Shown piece by piece: positions 33,944 to 45,758 of a stretch of 64,000 bases of DNA; position 1 is the first letter of the stretch, and every line of letters begins with the position of its first letter. The translations under genes were made by a program, and so were the position numbers. The stretch lies in assembly GCA_965240325.2 (NCBI GenBank), contig OZ251224.1, positions 992,001 through 1,056,000 of the forward strand, given 5' to 3'. A model generated the notes under the pieces. That model was not told the DNA's origin. It searched no databases and worked only from the letters and a program-made list of their open reading frames with translations. This DNA is from Rebecca billardiae RCC1528. Its lineage: Eukaryota > Protista > Haptophyta.

Positions 33944-34826
33944 TTTAACGACGTGGCAGCATCGGACAAGCGTCAGGCTCAAGAGTGCAACAGACACATA
34001 GAATGCGTCCGCGCCTTCCGACCAGGTCAGACAGTGCGCCACCCGCAGCCCTGCCCCCCTACGGGAGCGGGGCCGGGATGGAGCACCGCCTCGGCCTGGG
34101 GCACGCGGCGGCGACGGCAGATGCCGCCGCGGCCGAGCGCCTTCCGGAGCACTTGGATGAGGGTGAGGTCGTATATATATAATATTACATTGTCCAGAAA
34201 TCTGAGAAGACTACAGATGAACTGGCTCCGGCTCCGACGCCCGCCGGCTCCGACGCCCTTGACAGCCGCTCGGCCTTGTACCGATGCCACCAACATGCTC
34301 ACCCGCCTTTGATTTATTGGTACCCATCCCGACTACCCATGCACTTCCTGGCGGGCCTGACGACGACGTCGACGCGGACGTCGCCGACAACACTCAGTGT
34401 CAGAGTGGTGTCAGGGCACTAGGTGTCTCGGTCAGTGGTTTGTGAGGTTGGGTGGGGGTGGTGGTTGGTCGGGGGGCTGGCCAGGGTAGGGCTGGGGGCT
34501 TCGGCCGCCAGTCTGATCACCCGGAGCCCGTTATGAAGGGGACTTTTATTTTTTTAAAAAAAACACGCCACACTCGACCCGCATCGCTCGTCACGACATC
34601 GGACATGAAGCGGCGGGGTGGCCGGCGGCGTCAGTATGGGGGTACGTTCGTCAGTATGGGGGTACTAGCCGCACACCTCTATGATAGAGTACCGTTGTCA
34701 TTGTCACCTCATGATGTCACATCACACTAAGAGTTCCATTTCGAACCTCACTCCCTTCGTCTCCGTCGATCGCCGGAGCCGGAACGAGCGCGCTGAGACC
34801 GCATTCCTCGCCGCAACCCGCCAACG

Positions 34827-37800
34827 ATGGGCGATTTCAAGCCGGTGGCCGACCTCGAGGCGCTCGCATACGTGTACGACAAGCCCAATGGCGCCGCCAT
34901 GCTCCGGGAGAACGTCCTCAACTTCCGCGCCATGTACGACGTGCTCAAGCCGAAGCACTTCCTCGCGATCGCTGACGTCGTGAAGACTTCGACTGCGCTC
35001 GTGGAGCTCGATCTCACGGACACGCAGATCGACGAGGCGAGCGTGGTCGCCATTGGCCACAGCCTCGCGCACAGCACGTCGCTCAAGCGCATCTTCTTCA
35101 GTCAGAACCCGATCACCGAGAAGGGCGCGCAGGCGATCGCAGCCGCTCTGACGCCACCCAATTCTACAGCACGCGTCGAGGAGCGCCGGCCTGGGGCCCG
35201 GGCCAGCTCGCCTGGCAAGCGCCGTCTTTCGACGGTAGTGTCGCAAAGCGTGTACAAGTCCGTTCTCCAGCGCCTCTACCTCCGCGACTGCAGCCTCTCG
35301 CCTGGCGCGGGCGGCGCGCTCTTCAAGATGCTCCAAGTCAACACGCACCTCCTCGAGCTTGACCTGAGCGGCAGCGTCTTCGGCGTGCCGCAGATCGAGC
35401 TGCTCGGCGAGGCGCTCAAGGTGAACACGAGCCTACACGAGCTCGACATCGACTACCCCGAGGTCGCGGTCGACCTCGTCGCGATCGCGGAGGGCGACGA
35501 AGAGAGCGACGACGAGCCGCCCAACCTGACCGAGCTCGTGGCGACCGTGCTCTCGGAGGGGATCGCAGCCAACTCGTCGCTCAAGGTGTTCAACATCACG
35601 GGCAACCTCAAGGCGTTCAAGGCGCACACATACCTGAAGCTGGCGCCATTCGAGCCCGAGCCGCGCCACCTGTACAGGCTCACGCTGCCGAACGGCGCCG
35701 CGCTGCTCAACCTGCACTCCGACTCCCCCCCTGTCCGCGCGTCGAGCGCGAGCGACGTCGAGGCATACATCAGCCGCTCGGAGGGGTGGGCGCTGTACTT
35801 CTCGGATCTGCCGGAGGCGTACATGGTCGAGGCGGCCGCGCGGCTCGTCGCGGCTGCGGGCACCGCCTGCCCCGACCACTTCATCCGCTTCGCCGTCGAG
35901 GTCTCGGTCAAGTGCGAGGGCCACTACTTCCGGCTGCGCGGAACGGCGCCCGAGGCGGCGGAGCAGGCGCGGCTCGCGTCGCGGCTGATGCAGCTCGCCG
36001 TGTGCGGCGTGACGCTGGGCAAGCAGGCGCAGATGAGCGCCTCCGATGACTCGTTCACCCCGCGCAACCTCTGGCGCGACCGGCACGAGGCCTTCGAGAT
36101 CGCCGCGGTGAACGAGTGCAAGTTCCTGCTCGGCTTCCCTTCCTTTCAGGAAGCGCACTCGGCCGCGTTCGCCGGCTCGCTCGGCGAGTACGTTGATTGG
36201 CTGCGGCGCACGTCGAAGCAGGACCAGTGGGGGTGGGTCGACGTGGTGTTCCACTGCGCCTTCCTCCTCCTCCAGATCCTCGTGCAGCCCGTGCTCTGGC
36301 TCCTTCTCGTCTTTGTGCCCGACCTGCTGCCGGTGCTGCAGTGGGCGACCCAGCCCAAGTTCTACTCGAGCAGGCTGCGCGCCGCGATGCGCGCGTGCAG
36401 GCTGCTGCCGCACCTGCCGTACAAGATCAAGGTGGCGCACTTCGTGTGGGTGTCGGACCCGTGGTTCCGCCTGCTTCTCGACCTCGTCGCCAGCCTCTTG
36501 CTCATCGCCATCGTCGTCTCGCTCGACCCGCACCCGGACAAGCTGCCGATGAGCGCCTTCGTCGGGCTGGCGATGGCGGTCGCGTCTTTGCTGCACGAGA
36601 TGGAGGAGCTGTTCAAGGGCAGCCTGCTCACCGCGCCGCTCCGGACGCTGTACACGTACACCTCGGACATGTTCAACTTCTTCGACCTCGTCGCGCTCGT
36701 CTTCACCATCTGGGGCCTCGCCGAGTACCTGCACGAGTACTCGGCCGACGAGGCCGTGCGGCGCTCGCCAGATGACGCGGGCGCTGACCGGGCTGAGAAG
36801 GTCGAGGGCCATCACTTCGTGCTCAGTGTCGCCACCCTCTTCCTCACACTGCGCACGATGAAGGTGATCAACATCACCGAGACGTTTGGCCCGTACATGC
36901 AGATGCTCATCAAGATGGTCTTCGATGGCACGCACGCGCGCGCGCGCGCACGCGCTTGGGACAGCCGCGCCCGTGCACGCGCTTGGGACAGCCGCGCCCA
37001 CGCACGCGCTTGGGACAGCCGTGCCCGCGCACGCGCTTGGGACAGCCGCGCGTGGGCGCCCGCGCGCGCAGGCCGCGCTCACGCGCACACCCGCCGCGCG
37101 CGCGCAGTGCTCAAGATCGTGGTGCTCGCCATCCCGCTCATGTGCGGGCACGCCTTCGCCCTCCACGTGCTCTTCAAGGCGTATGCCGAGGCCAACGATG
37201 GCGATGGCGGCTGCGCGTCCGCGGGCGACCCGGACGCGCAGGCGGAGGCGGAGGCCAACTTCCGAGACAACGTGGTGTTTGGGATGGTCGTGATGATCGA
37301 GCAGTTTGTGGCCGGCGCGGAGACTGGGATCGAATGCCTGCGCGGGTCCTCGGCGGGCTGGGCGGCGTGGGCGCTGCAGATCGTCTTCTCGTTGGTGATG
37401 ATTGTCCTCGTCCTCAACATGATCATCGCCGCGATGGCCAAGAGTGCGCGCGCGCGTCGCGCCCGCGAGCCTCAGGCGAGCGCTCCGTGCGTGCGCACGG
37501 CCCCGTGCGTGCGCGCGCTGCTCACGCGCGCCCCGCCGCGGCGGCCGCGCAGCCTTTGACCTCATCTACGAGTCGCTCGACCTGACGAGCATGCTCGTGC
37601 GCGCCAAGCTCATCCAGAACTCGACGTCGCTCAACATCGCGCCGCCCCCGCTGAACTTGCTCGGGCTGCCGAGCCGGCTGCTGATGTGCTGCGCGCGCGC
37701 CGGGCTGGAGAACTCGCCGCAGGGCGACACGGTCCGGCGCTTCACAAACACCTTCACGCGGTTGAACGAGGAGGGCGAGGCTGCCAACGTCTACGCGTCG

Positions 37801-38046
37801 CGCGCGTTCAAGGTGAAGCTGCGGGAGTACGTGCAGCTGTACGACTCCGCCTCGCTCTTCCTCCGCACGCACCGCTCGGAGGCAGACGGCGAGGACAAGT
37901 TCCGCCGCAAGATCTCGCAGCGCGTGCTCAGCCTCTCCATCCGGCAGGAGAAGAACACGGAGACCTTGGCCGAGGTGCAGGCTGACGTCAGGGCTATCCG
38001 GGACAAGCTGGTGGGCGGCGGCAGCAGGCGGCGGCGCCGCGGCTGA
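34827..38046 (+). CDS. LRR (RNI-like) + TRP-type ion channel, paralogue 1; introns 36928..37107 (GC-AG) and 37444..37552
   Basis: LRRs (LVELDLTDTQID, LKRIFFSQNPIT, LQRLYLRDCSLS, LLELDLSGSVFG). Six-TM region with NFFDLV, FGPYMQMLIKMVFDV, S6 LNMIIAAMAKTF, TRP-like VRAKLI and PPPLNLL, then a C-terminal coiled coil. Confidence 0.8.
36951..37050 (+). repeat. 27-bp minisatellite (about 3.7 units) inside GC-AG intron; also in paralogue near 44023-44127
   Basis: cgcgcttgggacagccg(c/t)gccc..gca repeated at 36951, 36978, 37005 and 37032. Confidence 0.9.
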
Positions 38047-38622
38047 GCCAGGGCTCGTGGCCTGCCGCAGGTCGGTGTGGCACCGCTGGCCCAGGCGCGC
38101 GCAGCACGTGTTGCCAGTGCCTCTCAGTGAGGTGAGGTGCGGACGACGCGGCTGCCGCCCGACCTTTGACTGGCTATCGTCACTATCCGAGCGACGCAGT
38201 CATGCAGGTCTACGCGCGTAGTGCTCAACTCATATGGCACTACTGGCATCAGAGCAGTGAGTGAGGGCTGGAGGCTTCGGCCGCCAGTCTGATCACCCGG
38301 AGCCCGTTATAAAGGGGAATTTTTAAACACTCGTCAACGGTATAAGGATACTTACTCATATCATACTGCTAGTCTCAGAGTGTCGATCGAGAGTGATCAC
38401 GGACACGGATGCCAAGAGTCAACGTATACAGATCGAGTCTCAGTGAGAGAGTCGCCCGAGAGTCGATCGCGCGCCGGCTCATCTTATTATTAGAATATCC
38501 AAGTGGCATCATGGCGCACTACGGCCCCTCCGAAAGGCGCCAATCGGCCAAAAAGGTCTGAGCGTGAGCGAATAAAGCAGGCGGCCAGCGGGGGGGGGGG
38601 GGGGCACGTGCTCCGCAAATAA

Positions 38623-40189
38623 AAACTGTGCCCTTGGGGGGGGGGGGGGGGGGGGGGTCGACGGGCCGTGCCAGTGCTGTCGCAATGTTTCCTCTGCGGG
38701 TTCGCGTGTTTCCACATTCGCTCGTGGCCGTGGGTGATGGACAGTCCGACGAGGGCGAGGACCAGTGACATTCCTGAAGTTCTCCTACTCGTGTACACGT
38801 TTGTGCGCATCTGAACGAGGCCCCACACCCACGAGGGAATGTGCAGCACGCGGGGCGGGGCGGGTAAGCCCGTTGCTCCGCGCGAGCGCGGGTAGGCGCT
38901 GCATGTGCCGCATCTCGACCGCGATGGCGTAATCGAGCGCCTCGCCGCCGACGAGGCAGCAGAGTAGATCATGTGCATGTCCTCCTGCCGCCAGCCGAGA
39001 GCGGTCGTCGCGTGGATGCTTGCCGATGTCCGCTCCGGGCATGATGGGCTCGGCGCAGGTCGCGTTGACGTCGTACGCGGCCGCCACGCTGAGCACGAGC
39101 GCGTTGACGTTCACGCGGTCGTCGCTCTTCGCCTCTTCGACAGGTCTGGCGCCCGCGTGTTCGGCGGCACGAGGAGCTGTTGGTTGTGCGCGCGCGCGCG
39201 CACAGCGACAGCGTGTGCCACTCGCGATCGAGAGTGGGCACGAGCTGCTCACGCGGGCACACGAATCGCAGCGCATCCGTCACCGGCGTGACGACTTCCG
39301 CCTCGTCCCGCAGCGCCTGCGCCATGGACGAGGATGGCGCGGCGATGTTGCATGCTCGACGTTTCATCTCTGCGGATGGCATCACGGGCTTGTCTGTGTC
39401 GCGCTGTGGCGAGGGTCGCCAACTCGCGAAGACGCGGTTGCTGCCACGGCGACAGACCGGGGAGGTGCGTCCGCTGCGCGTCGTACGCCGTTGGCGCTGC
39501 GCTTCCGTTGCATTGGTCACCGTGGACGCCATGCAGGCCGGACGTGGGCTCGGCTGACGGGCTGAGGGACCGCGAGCGACAGTCCGGTGCGCGAGGATTC
39601 CGGCGATCGAGTTCAGAAGCGGCGCCAAAACGGAAATCTTGCGTCGCGTGCGATGGCGCTTCCCGCCCGCGAGACACCTCGTGATGAGGGCCTTTCCGCA
39701 CCGAGCCCGACCCGCGGCGGTGGATCGCGCTAGTTGGTTGTCGTGCGCAGCGCTTGATACTATGGCCCGTGCGAGCGCTCGACGTGCAAATCGGGCGAGG
39801 ACCGCCCAGGTCGCACAATCGTGTCGACGCGCCGAGCGTACCTCCAAACGCGTACCGACGACTTTGGCCCCCGTTCGACCTGCGCGCGAGACGACGAGGG
39901 CAGCAATCGCGAATCGGGCGAAAAACCCCTCGGGAGTCCTCGCGCGATGTCCGCGCCGGCGTTGGATCTGGCGCGCGCCGCCCACGCGCTCCGCGCCATC
40001 CAGGAACCCTTTTTCCGTTTTTCGGCCGAGCGTCCCCAGTCAGTGCGAGTGGGAGCTGCGAGTGCGAGGGCGCCCGGTACTGGTAGTGAGGGACGTGATT
40101 TTCTTTTCTTGGCGAGGTCGGCGATTTTCTCTTTCCTTTTCTTTTTATCTTCCCCGGGCACTACAAGGGGCGGACCTACGGCCCGCCAT
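38623..40189 (-). mobile_element. Family A Helentron-like element, copy 4
   Basis: Same termini and body as copies 1 and 2; sits between the two TRP paralogues. Confidence 0.75.
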
Positions 40190-41907
40190 AAATCCGAAAG
40201 TATTGGCGCGCGTGATTTTGGGTATTTACGGTAATAGTGAGGGCGGAATAATTAATCTGAGTGTAGTGAGTCGATAACTCGGATAAGACACTCACAGTCT
40301 GTCTGTCACTCCGACGCTGATGCCGGATTAGATTCGTGATTGCGTTTGTACGCGTGTCTTCTCCCCCTCTCTCCCCCTTCTCCGTCCCCCTTCTCCCCCT
40401 CTCAGCCCTCTGACGCCATCCATATCCCCGCCGCAAATTAGCCTCAACCCAAAATATTTGCCCGACGCCGTCGGGTTTATTATCGGTTTATAATATCCAC
40501 CCGGATACGGTGGCGCGCACTGATGCGCTCCGCTGCGAGATGAGCGCCAAGCCCGTCGCGGCGCCCGTCACACGCGCTCGTCTCACGTCTGCGGCGGCTG
40601 TCACGGCCGTGGCGACAGCGCTTTGATAATTGCGGCCATCCTTCGAGGTAAACCTAATCCGGCTCCGCAGCCGAAATGTGCCGCCTTCAAAGCCTCCTGA
40701 CTAAAGCTCCTCTCCGCTTCTGAGCACCGCTCGACTGCCACCGGGCGAGAAAGCCAAGTGTTGGCTCTCCCGCGTCCGCTTCCGTCCGCGACATGCGCTA
40801 GAGTCGTGCCTCAGTGAACCGGGTATAGAAACCGGTGTGCATGGGACTGGCATGTATCTTGGCCCTCTTCAGGAAGCCCGCATACTGATACGGGCATAGC
40901 CCTTGCAGCATGGCCATGGGCATGGTGCCGGATGATGCGACGGCGCAGGCACCGCCAGCCGCGCGTGCACACTTGGTTTTTAAGGCGTGATCAACCGGTC
41001 CAGATCTCAGGATATGGGAAACTCGGAAAATGAGAGAATAATTCAAAACCCGCCGCGTGCGCCGCGTGCGCCGCCACAGCCATCCGGCGCGAGGCGCCGC
41101 CCGCTGCCGCGCCGCCGCGGTCGTAGACGTGCACGCGGCGATGGCGCACGCGGTCGGGCAGAGACATAGAACCTTTCTGCGCCGCCCTGCGCCGGGCGAC
41201 TCGCGTCTGACTATCTTCTCCGCGCCTTGAGCCCGCACGGACGCGTGCGCCGCCTCTCGCTTCAGCCGTGCTGTCCGGCCTCCCCGCAAAGTATGTGCGC
41301 GCTGAGCGCAAACCGAGGCGCGCATCCCAGGAAGGCGTGAGCCATGTTACAACTGTGAAGAGGGTTTAGTTTTGGGGCTGGCAAATCCCGACGGCGAGGT
41401 CTGGCCCGGTTGGTACCCCCATAGGTACTAGGTGCGACTAGACCTTCAACCTATGGCATCCGCCTCACGTCGCGCCGTCGCCCAGCCTTCGTCTTCACTG
41501 GCGCGCACGCGAGGCGAGGCCTCGCACGCCACTGGCAGGGCTACTACCGGCGCGCGGCCGGAAGATGTTTTCAGCGAGCGCCGCGGGGGCGCCGGCCACC
41601 GGATCCGACGACAGATGACAGCGGGCGCCTGAACGGTTGGCGCCCCTGGCCGCTGCCGCGAGCGGCTGGGCGCCGGTGCATCCAAAGGAATCCGGTACGC
41701 GTACCGAGCAGGCGAGCACCGGATCTTTATTGAGCCCTGCACCCCAGTATCGCGTAATCAAGGGCCCTTGGCGTAATGGTATTTCCGCTCTCGAGCGGAG
41801 GTGGAGCCGGAGCGAGGGAGACAACCGCATCTCCTCGCCGCAACCCGGCACCGCCGCGGCGACGTTGTCGCAAAAAGGGCGGCCGTGCCCTTGACAGCGC
41901 GCCAACG

Positions 41908-44900
41908 ATGGCCGATTTCAAGCCGGTGGCCGACCTCGAGGCGCTCGCATACGTGTACGACAAGCCCAATGGCGCCGCCATGCTCCGGGAGAACGTCCTC
42001 AACTTCCGTGCCATGTACGACGTGCTCAAGCCGAAGCACTTCCTTGCGATCGCTGACGTCGTGAAGACTTCGACTGCGCTCGTGGAGCTCGATCTCACGG
42101 ACACGCAGATCGACGAGGCGAGCGTGGTCGCCATTGGACACAGCCTCGCGCACAGCACGTCGCTCAAGCGCATCTTCTTCAGTCAGAACCCGATCACCGA
42201 GAAGGGCGCGCAGGCGATCGCAGCCGCTCTGACGCCACCCAATTCTACAGCACGCGCCGAGGAGCGCCGGCCTGGGGCCCGGGCCAGCTCGCCTGGCAAC
42301 CGTTCGACGGTAGTGTCGCAAAGCGTGTACAAGTCCGTTCTCCAGCGCCTCTACCTCCGCGACTGCAGCCTCTCGCCTGGCGCGGGCGGCGCGCTCTTCA
42401 AGATGCTCCAAGTCAACACGCACCTCCTCGAGCTCGACCTCAGCGGCAGCGTCTTCGGCGTGCCGCAGATCGAGCTGCTCGGCGAGGCGCTCAAGGTGAA
42501 CACGAGCCTACACGAGCTCGACATCGACTACCCCGAGGTCGCGGTCGACCTCGTCGCGATCGCGGAGGGCGACGAAGAGAGCGACGACGAGCCGCCCAAC
42601 CTGACCGAGCTCGTGGCGACCGTGCTCTCGGAGGGGATCGCGGCCAACTCGTCGCTCAAGGTGCTCAACATCACGGGCAACCTCAAGGCGTTCAAGGCGC
42701 ACACATACCTGAAGCTGGCGCCATTCGAGCCCGAGCCGCGCCACCTGTACAGGCTCACGCTGCCGAACGGCGCCGCGCTGCTCAACCTGCACTCCGACTT
42801 CCCCCCTGTCCGCGCGTCGAGCGCGAGCGACGTCGAGGCGTACATCAGCCGCTCGGAGGGTTGGGCGCTGTACTTCTCGGATCTGCCGGAGGCGTACATG
42901 GTCGAGGCGGCCGCGCGGCTCGTCGCGGCTGCGGGCACCGCCTGCCCCGACCACTTCATCCGCTTCGCCGTCGAGGTCTCGGTCAAGTGCGAGGGCCACT
43001 ACTTCCGGCTGCGCGGAACGGCGCCCGAGGCGGCGGAGCAGGCGCGGCTCGCGTCGCGGCTGATGCAGCTCGCCGTGTGCGGCGTGACGCTGGGCAAGCA
43101 GGCGCAGATGAGCGCCTCCGATGACTCGTTCACCCCGCGCAACCTCTGGCGCGACCGGCACGAGGCCTTCGAGATCGCCGCGGTGAACGAGTGCAAGTTC
43201 CTGCTCGGCTTCCCTTCCTTTCAGGAAGCGCACTCGGCCGCGTTCGCCGGCTCGCTCGGCGAGTACGTCGATTGGCTGCGGCGCACGTCGAAGCAGGACC
43301 AGTGGGGGTGGGTCGACGTGGTGTTCCACTGCGCCTTCCTCCTCCTCCAGATCCTCGTGCAGCCCGTGCTCTGGCTCCTTCTCGTCTTTGTGCCCGACCT
43401 GCTGCCGGTGCTACAGTGGGCGACCCAGCCCAAGTTCTACTCGAGCAGGCTGCGCGCCGCGATGCGCGCGTGCAGGCTGCTGCCGCACCTGCCGTACAAG
43501 ATCAAGGTGACGCACTTCGTGTGGGTGGCGGACCCGTGGTTCCGCCTGCTTCTCGACCTCGCCGCCAGCCTCTTGCTCATCGCCATCGTCGTCTCGCTCG
43601 ACGCGCACCCGGACAAGCTGCCGATGAGCGCCTTCGTCGGGCTGGCGATGGCGGTTGCGTCTTTGCTGCACGAGATGGAGGAGCTGTTCAAGGGCAGCCT
43701 GCTCACCGCGCCGCTCCGGACGCTGTACACGTACACCTCGGACATGTTCAACTTCTTCGACCTCGTCGCGCTCGTCTTCACCATCTGGGGCCTCGCCGAG
43801 TACCTGCGCGATTACTCGGCCAACGAGGCCTTGGTGCGCGTCATCGCGAGCGCTGACCTCACCCAGAAGGTCGAGGGCCATCACTTCGTGCTCAGTATCG
43901 CCACCCTCTTCCTCACACTGCGCACGATGAAGGTGATCAACCTCACCGAGACGTTCGGCCCGTACATGCAGATGCTCTTCAAGATGGTCTTCGACGGCAC
44001 GCGCGCACGCGCGCGCGTGCGCACGCGCTTGGGACAGCCGCGCCCGGGCGGCCGCGCTTGGGACAGCCGCGCCCACGCACGCGCTTGGGACAGCCGTGCC
44101 CGCGCACGCGCTTGGGACAGCCGCGCGTGGGCGCCCGCGCGCGCAGGCAGCGCTAACGCGCACGCCCGCCGCGCGCATGCAGTGCTCAAGATCGTGATAC
44201 TCTCCATCCCGCTCATGTGCGGGCACGCCTTCGCCCTCCACGTGCTCTTCAAGGCGTACGCCGCGGCCAGCGATGGCGATGGCGGCTGCGCGTCCCAGGG
44301 CGACCCGGACGCGCAGGCGGAGGCGGAGGCCAACTTCCGAGACAATGTCTTGTTTGGTTTGGTTGTGATGGTCGAGCAGTTTGTGGCCGGCGCGGAGACT
44401 GGGATCGAATGCCTGCGCGGGTCCTCGGCGGGCTGGGCGGCGTGGTCGCTACAGATCGTCTTCTCGTTGGTGATGGTTGTCCTCGTCCTCAACATGATCA
44501 TCGCCGCGATGGCCAAGAGTGCGCGCGCGCGTCGCGCCCGCGAGCCTCAGGCGAGCGCTCCGTGCGTGCGCACGGCCCCGTGCGTGCGCACGCGGACAGA
44601 CGCGCGCTGCTCACGCGCGCCCCGCCGCGGCGGCCGCGCAGCCTTTGACCTCATCTACGAGTCGCTCGACCTGACGAGCATGCTCGTGCGCGCCAAGCTC
44701 ATCCAGAACTCGACGTCGCTCGACATCGCGCCGCCCCCGCTGAACTTGCTCGGGCTGCCGAGCCGGCTGGTGATGTGCTGCGCAGGCGCCGGGCTGGATA
44801 ACTCGCCGCAGGGCGACAAGGTCCGGCGCTTCACAAACACCTTCACGCGGTTGAACGAGGAGGGCGAGGCTGCCAACGCTTACGCGTCGCGCGCGATCAA

Positions 44901-45135
44901 GGTGAAGCTGCGGGAGTACATGCAGCTGTACGACTCCGCCTCGCTCTTCCTCCGCACGCACCGCTCGGAGGCGGACGGCGAGGACAAGTTCCGCCGCAAG
45001 ATCTCGCAGCGCGTGCTCAGCCTCTCCATCCGGCAGGAGAAGAACACGGAGACCTTGGCCGAGGTGCAGGCTGACGTCAGGGCTATCCGGGACAAGCTGG
45101 TGGGCGGCGGCAGCAGGCGGCGGCGCCGCGGCTGA
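41908..45135 (+). CDS. LRR + TRP-type ion channel, paralogue 2; introns 43997..44182 (GC-AG) and 44519..44641
   Basis: Near-identical tandem duplicate of 34827..38046 with the same intron positions. Confidence 0.8.
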   Translation: MADFKPVADLEALAYVYDKPNGAAMLRENVLNFRAMYDVLKPKHFLAIADVVKTSTALVELDLTDTQIDEASVVAIGHSLAHSTSLKRIFFSQNPITEKGAQAIAAALTPPNSTARAEERRPGARASSPGNRSTVVSQSVYKSVLQRLYLRDCSLSPGAGGALFKMLQVNTHLLELDLSGSVFGVPQIELLGEALKVNTSLHELDIDYPEVAVDLVAIAEGDEESDDEPPNLTELVATVLSEGIAANSSLKVLNITGNLKAFKAHTYLKLAPFEPEPRHLYRLTLPNGAALLNLHSDFPPVRASSASDVEAYISRSEGWALYFSDLPEAYMVEAAARLVAAAGTACPDHFIRFAVEVSVKCEGHYFRLRGTAPEAAEQARLASRLMQLAVCGVTLGKQAQMSASDDSFTPRNLWRDRHEAFEIAAVNECKFLLGFPSFQEAHSAAFAGSLGEYVDWLRRTSKQDQWGWVDVVFHCAFLLLQILVQPVLWLLLVFVPDLLPVLQWATQPKFYSSRLRAAMRACRLLPHLPYKIKVTHFVWVADPWFRLLLDLAASLLLIAIVVSLDAHPDKLPMSAFVGLAMAVASLLHEMEELFKGSLLTAPLRTLYTYTSDMFNFFDLVALVFTIWGLAEYLRDYSANEALVRVIASADLTQKVEGHHFVLSIATLFLTLRTMKVINLTETFGPYMQMLFKMVFDGTRARARVRTRLGQPRPGGRAWDSRAHARAWDSRARARAWDSRAWAPARAGSANAHARRAHAVLKIVILSIPLMCGHAFALHVLFKAYAAASDGDGGCASQGDPDAQAEAEANFRDNVLFGLVVMVEQFVAGAETGIECLRGSSAGWAAWSLQIVFSLVMVVLVLNMIIAAMAKSARARRAREPQASAPCVRTAPCVRTRTDARCSRAPRRGGRAAFDLIYESLDLTSMLVRAKLIQNSTSLDIAPPPLNLLGLPSRLVMCCAGAGLDNSPQGDKVRRFTNTFTRLNEEGEAANAYASRAIKVKLREYMQLYDSASLFLRTHRSEADGEDKFRRKISQRVLSLSIRQEKNTETLAEVQADVRAIRDKLVGGGSRRRRRG

Positions 45136-45758
45136 GCCAGGGCTCGTGGCCTGCCGCAGGTCGGTGTGGCACCGCTGACCCAGGGGCGCGCAGCACGACT
45201 GCACGTGTTGCCAGTGCCTCAGTGAGGTGGCGGACGACGCGGCTGCCGCCCGACCTTTGACTGGCTCGCGTCATATGGTCCGAGCGACGCAGTCAGCCAG
45301 TCACGCAGGTCTACGTAACTACTAGCTACGGCTACGCGCGTAAGCTATACATAGACGAGTAGTAGTACTTCTGTACGGAGACGTAGTTGTGCTCGTCATG
45401 CATTTTCATCCGAACCGTTCAACCGCAACGACTACTGGTCTGTAACACTCTCTGTACTCTGTAGCGGACTACTGTCTACTCTCGTCAGACATCATGACGA
45501 TCGGCACTCTGATGCTGCCGCAGCTGCGACGCGAATAATAACTACGACGGGCGCACGTATAACACGACGACGCGACGAGCACGGCGGGGTGAAGTCGATA
45601 TTGTCATCAAATGGACGATGCTGCCGCTGACTCAAATTTAGCAGCATGCACAGAATCGGCGAACGCTGCGGACTCACGGCGGCGTTGCGGCCCCGCCCGT
45701 CCGGCCCAACGGGAGTGGAGTGCACCCACGCTCCCGCACAGAGCTGCCCCGGGGCCGC

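Noticed and set aside
33830-34042. Poly-Ile ORF
   Set aside because: Translation of the (ATT)n microsatellite.
36951-37050. 27-bp repeats as a possible CRISPR array
   Set aside because: Head-to-tail units without unique spacers, inside an intron, with no cas genes.
40798-41325. ORF sharing MPMAMLQ with 56794..57264
   Set aside because: The match is only ~25 nt with alternative start codons, and the flanks are unrelated.
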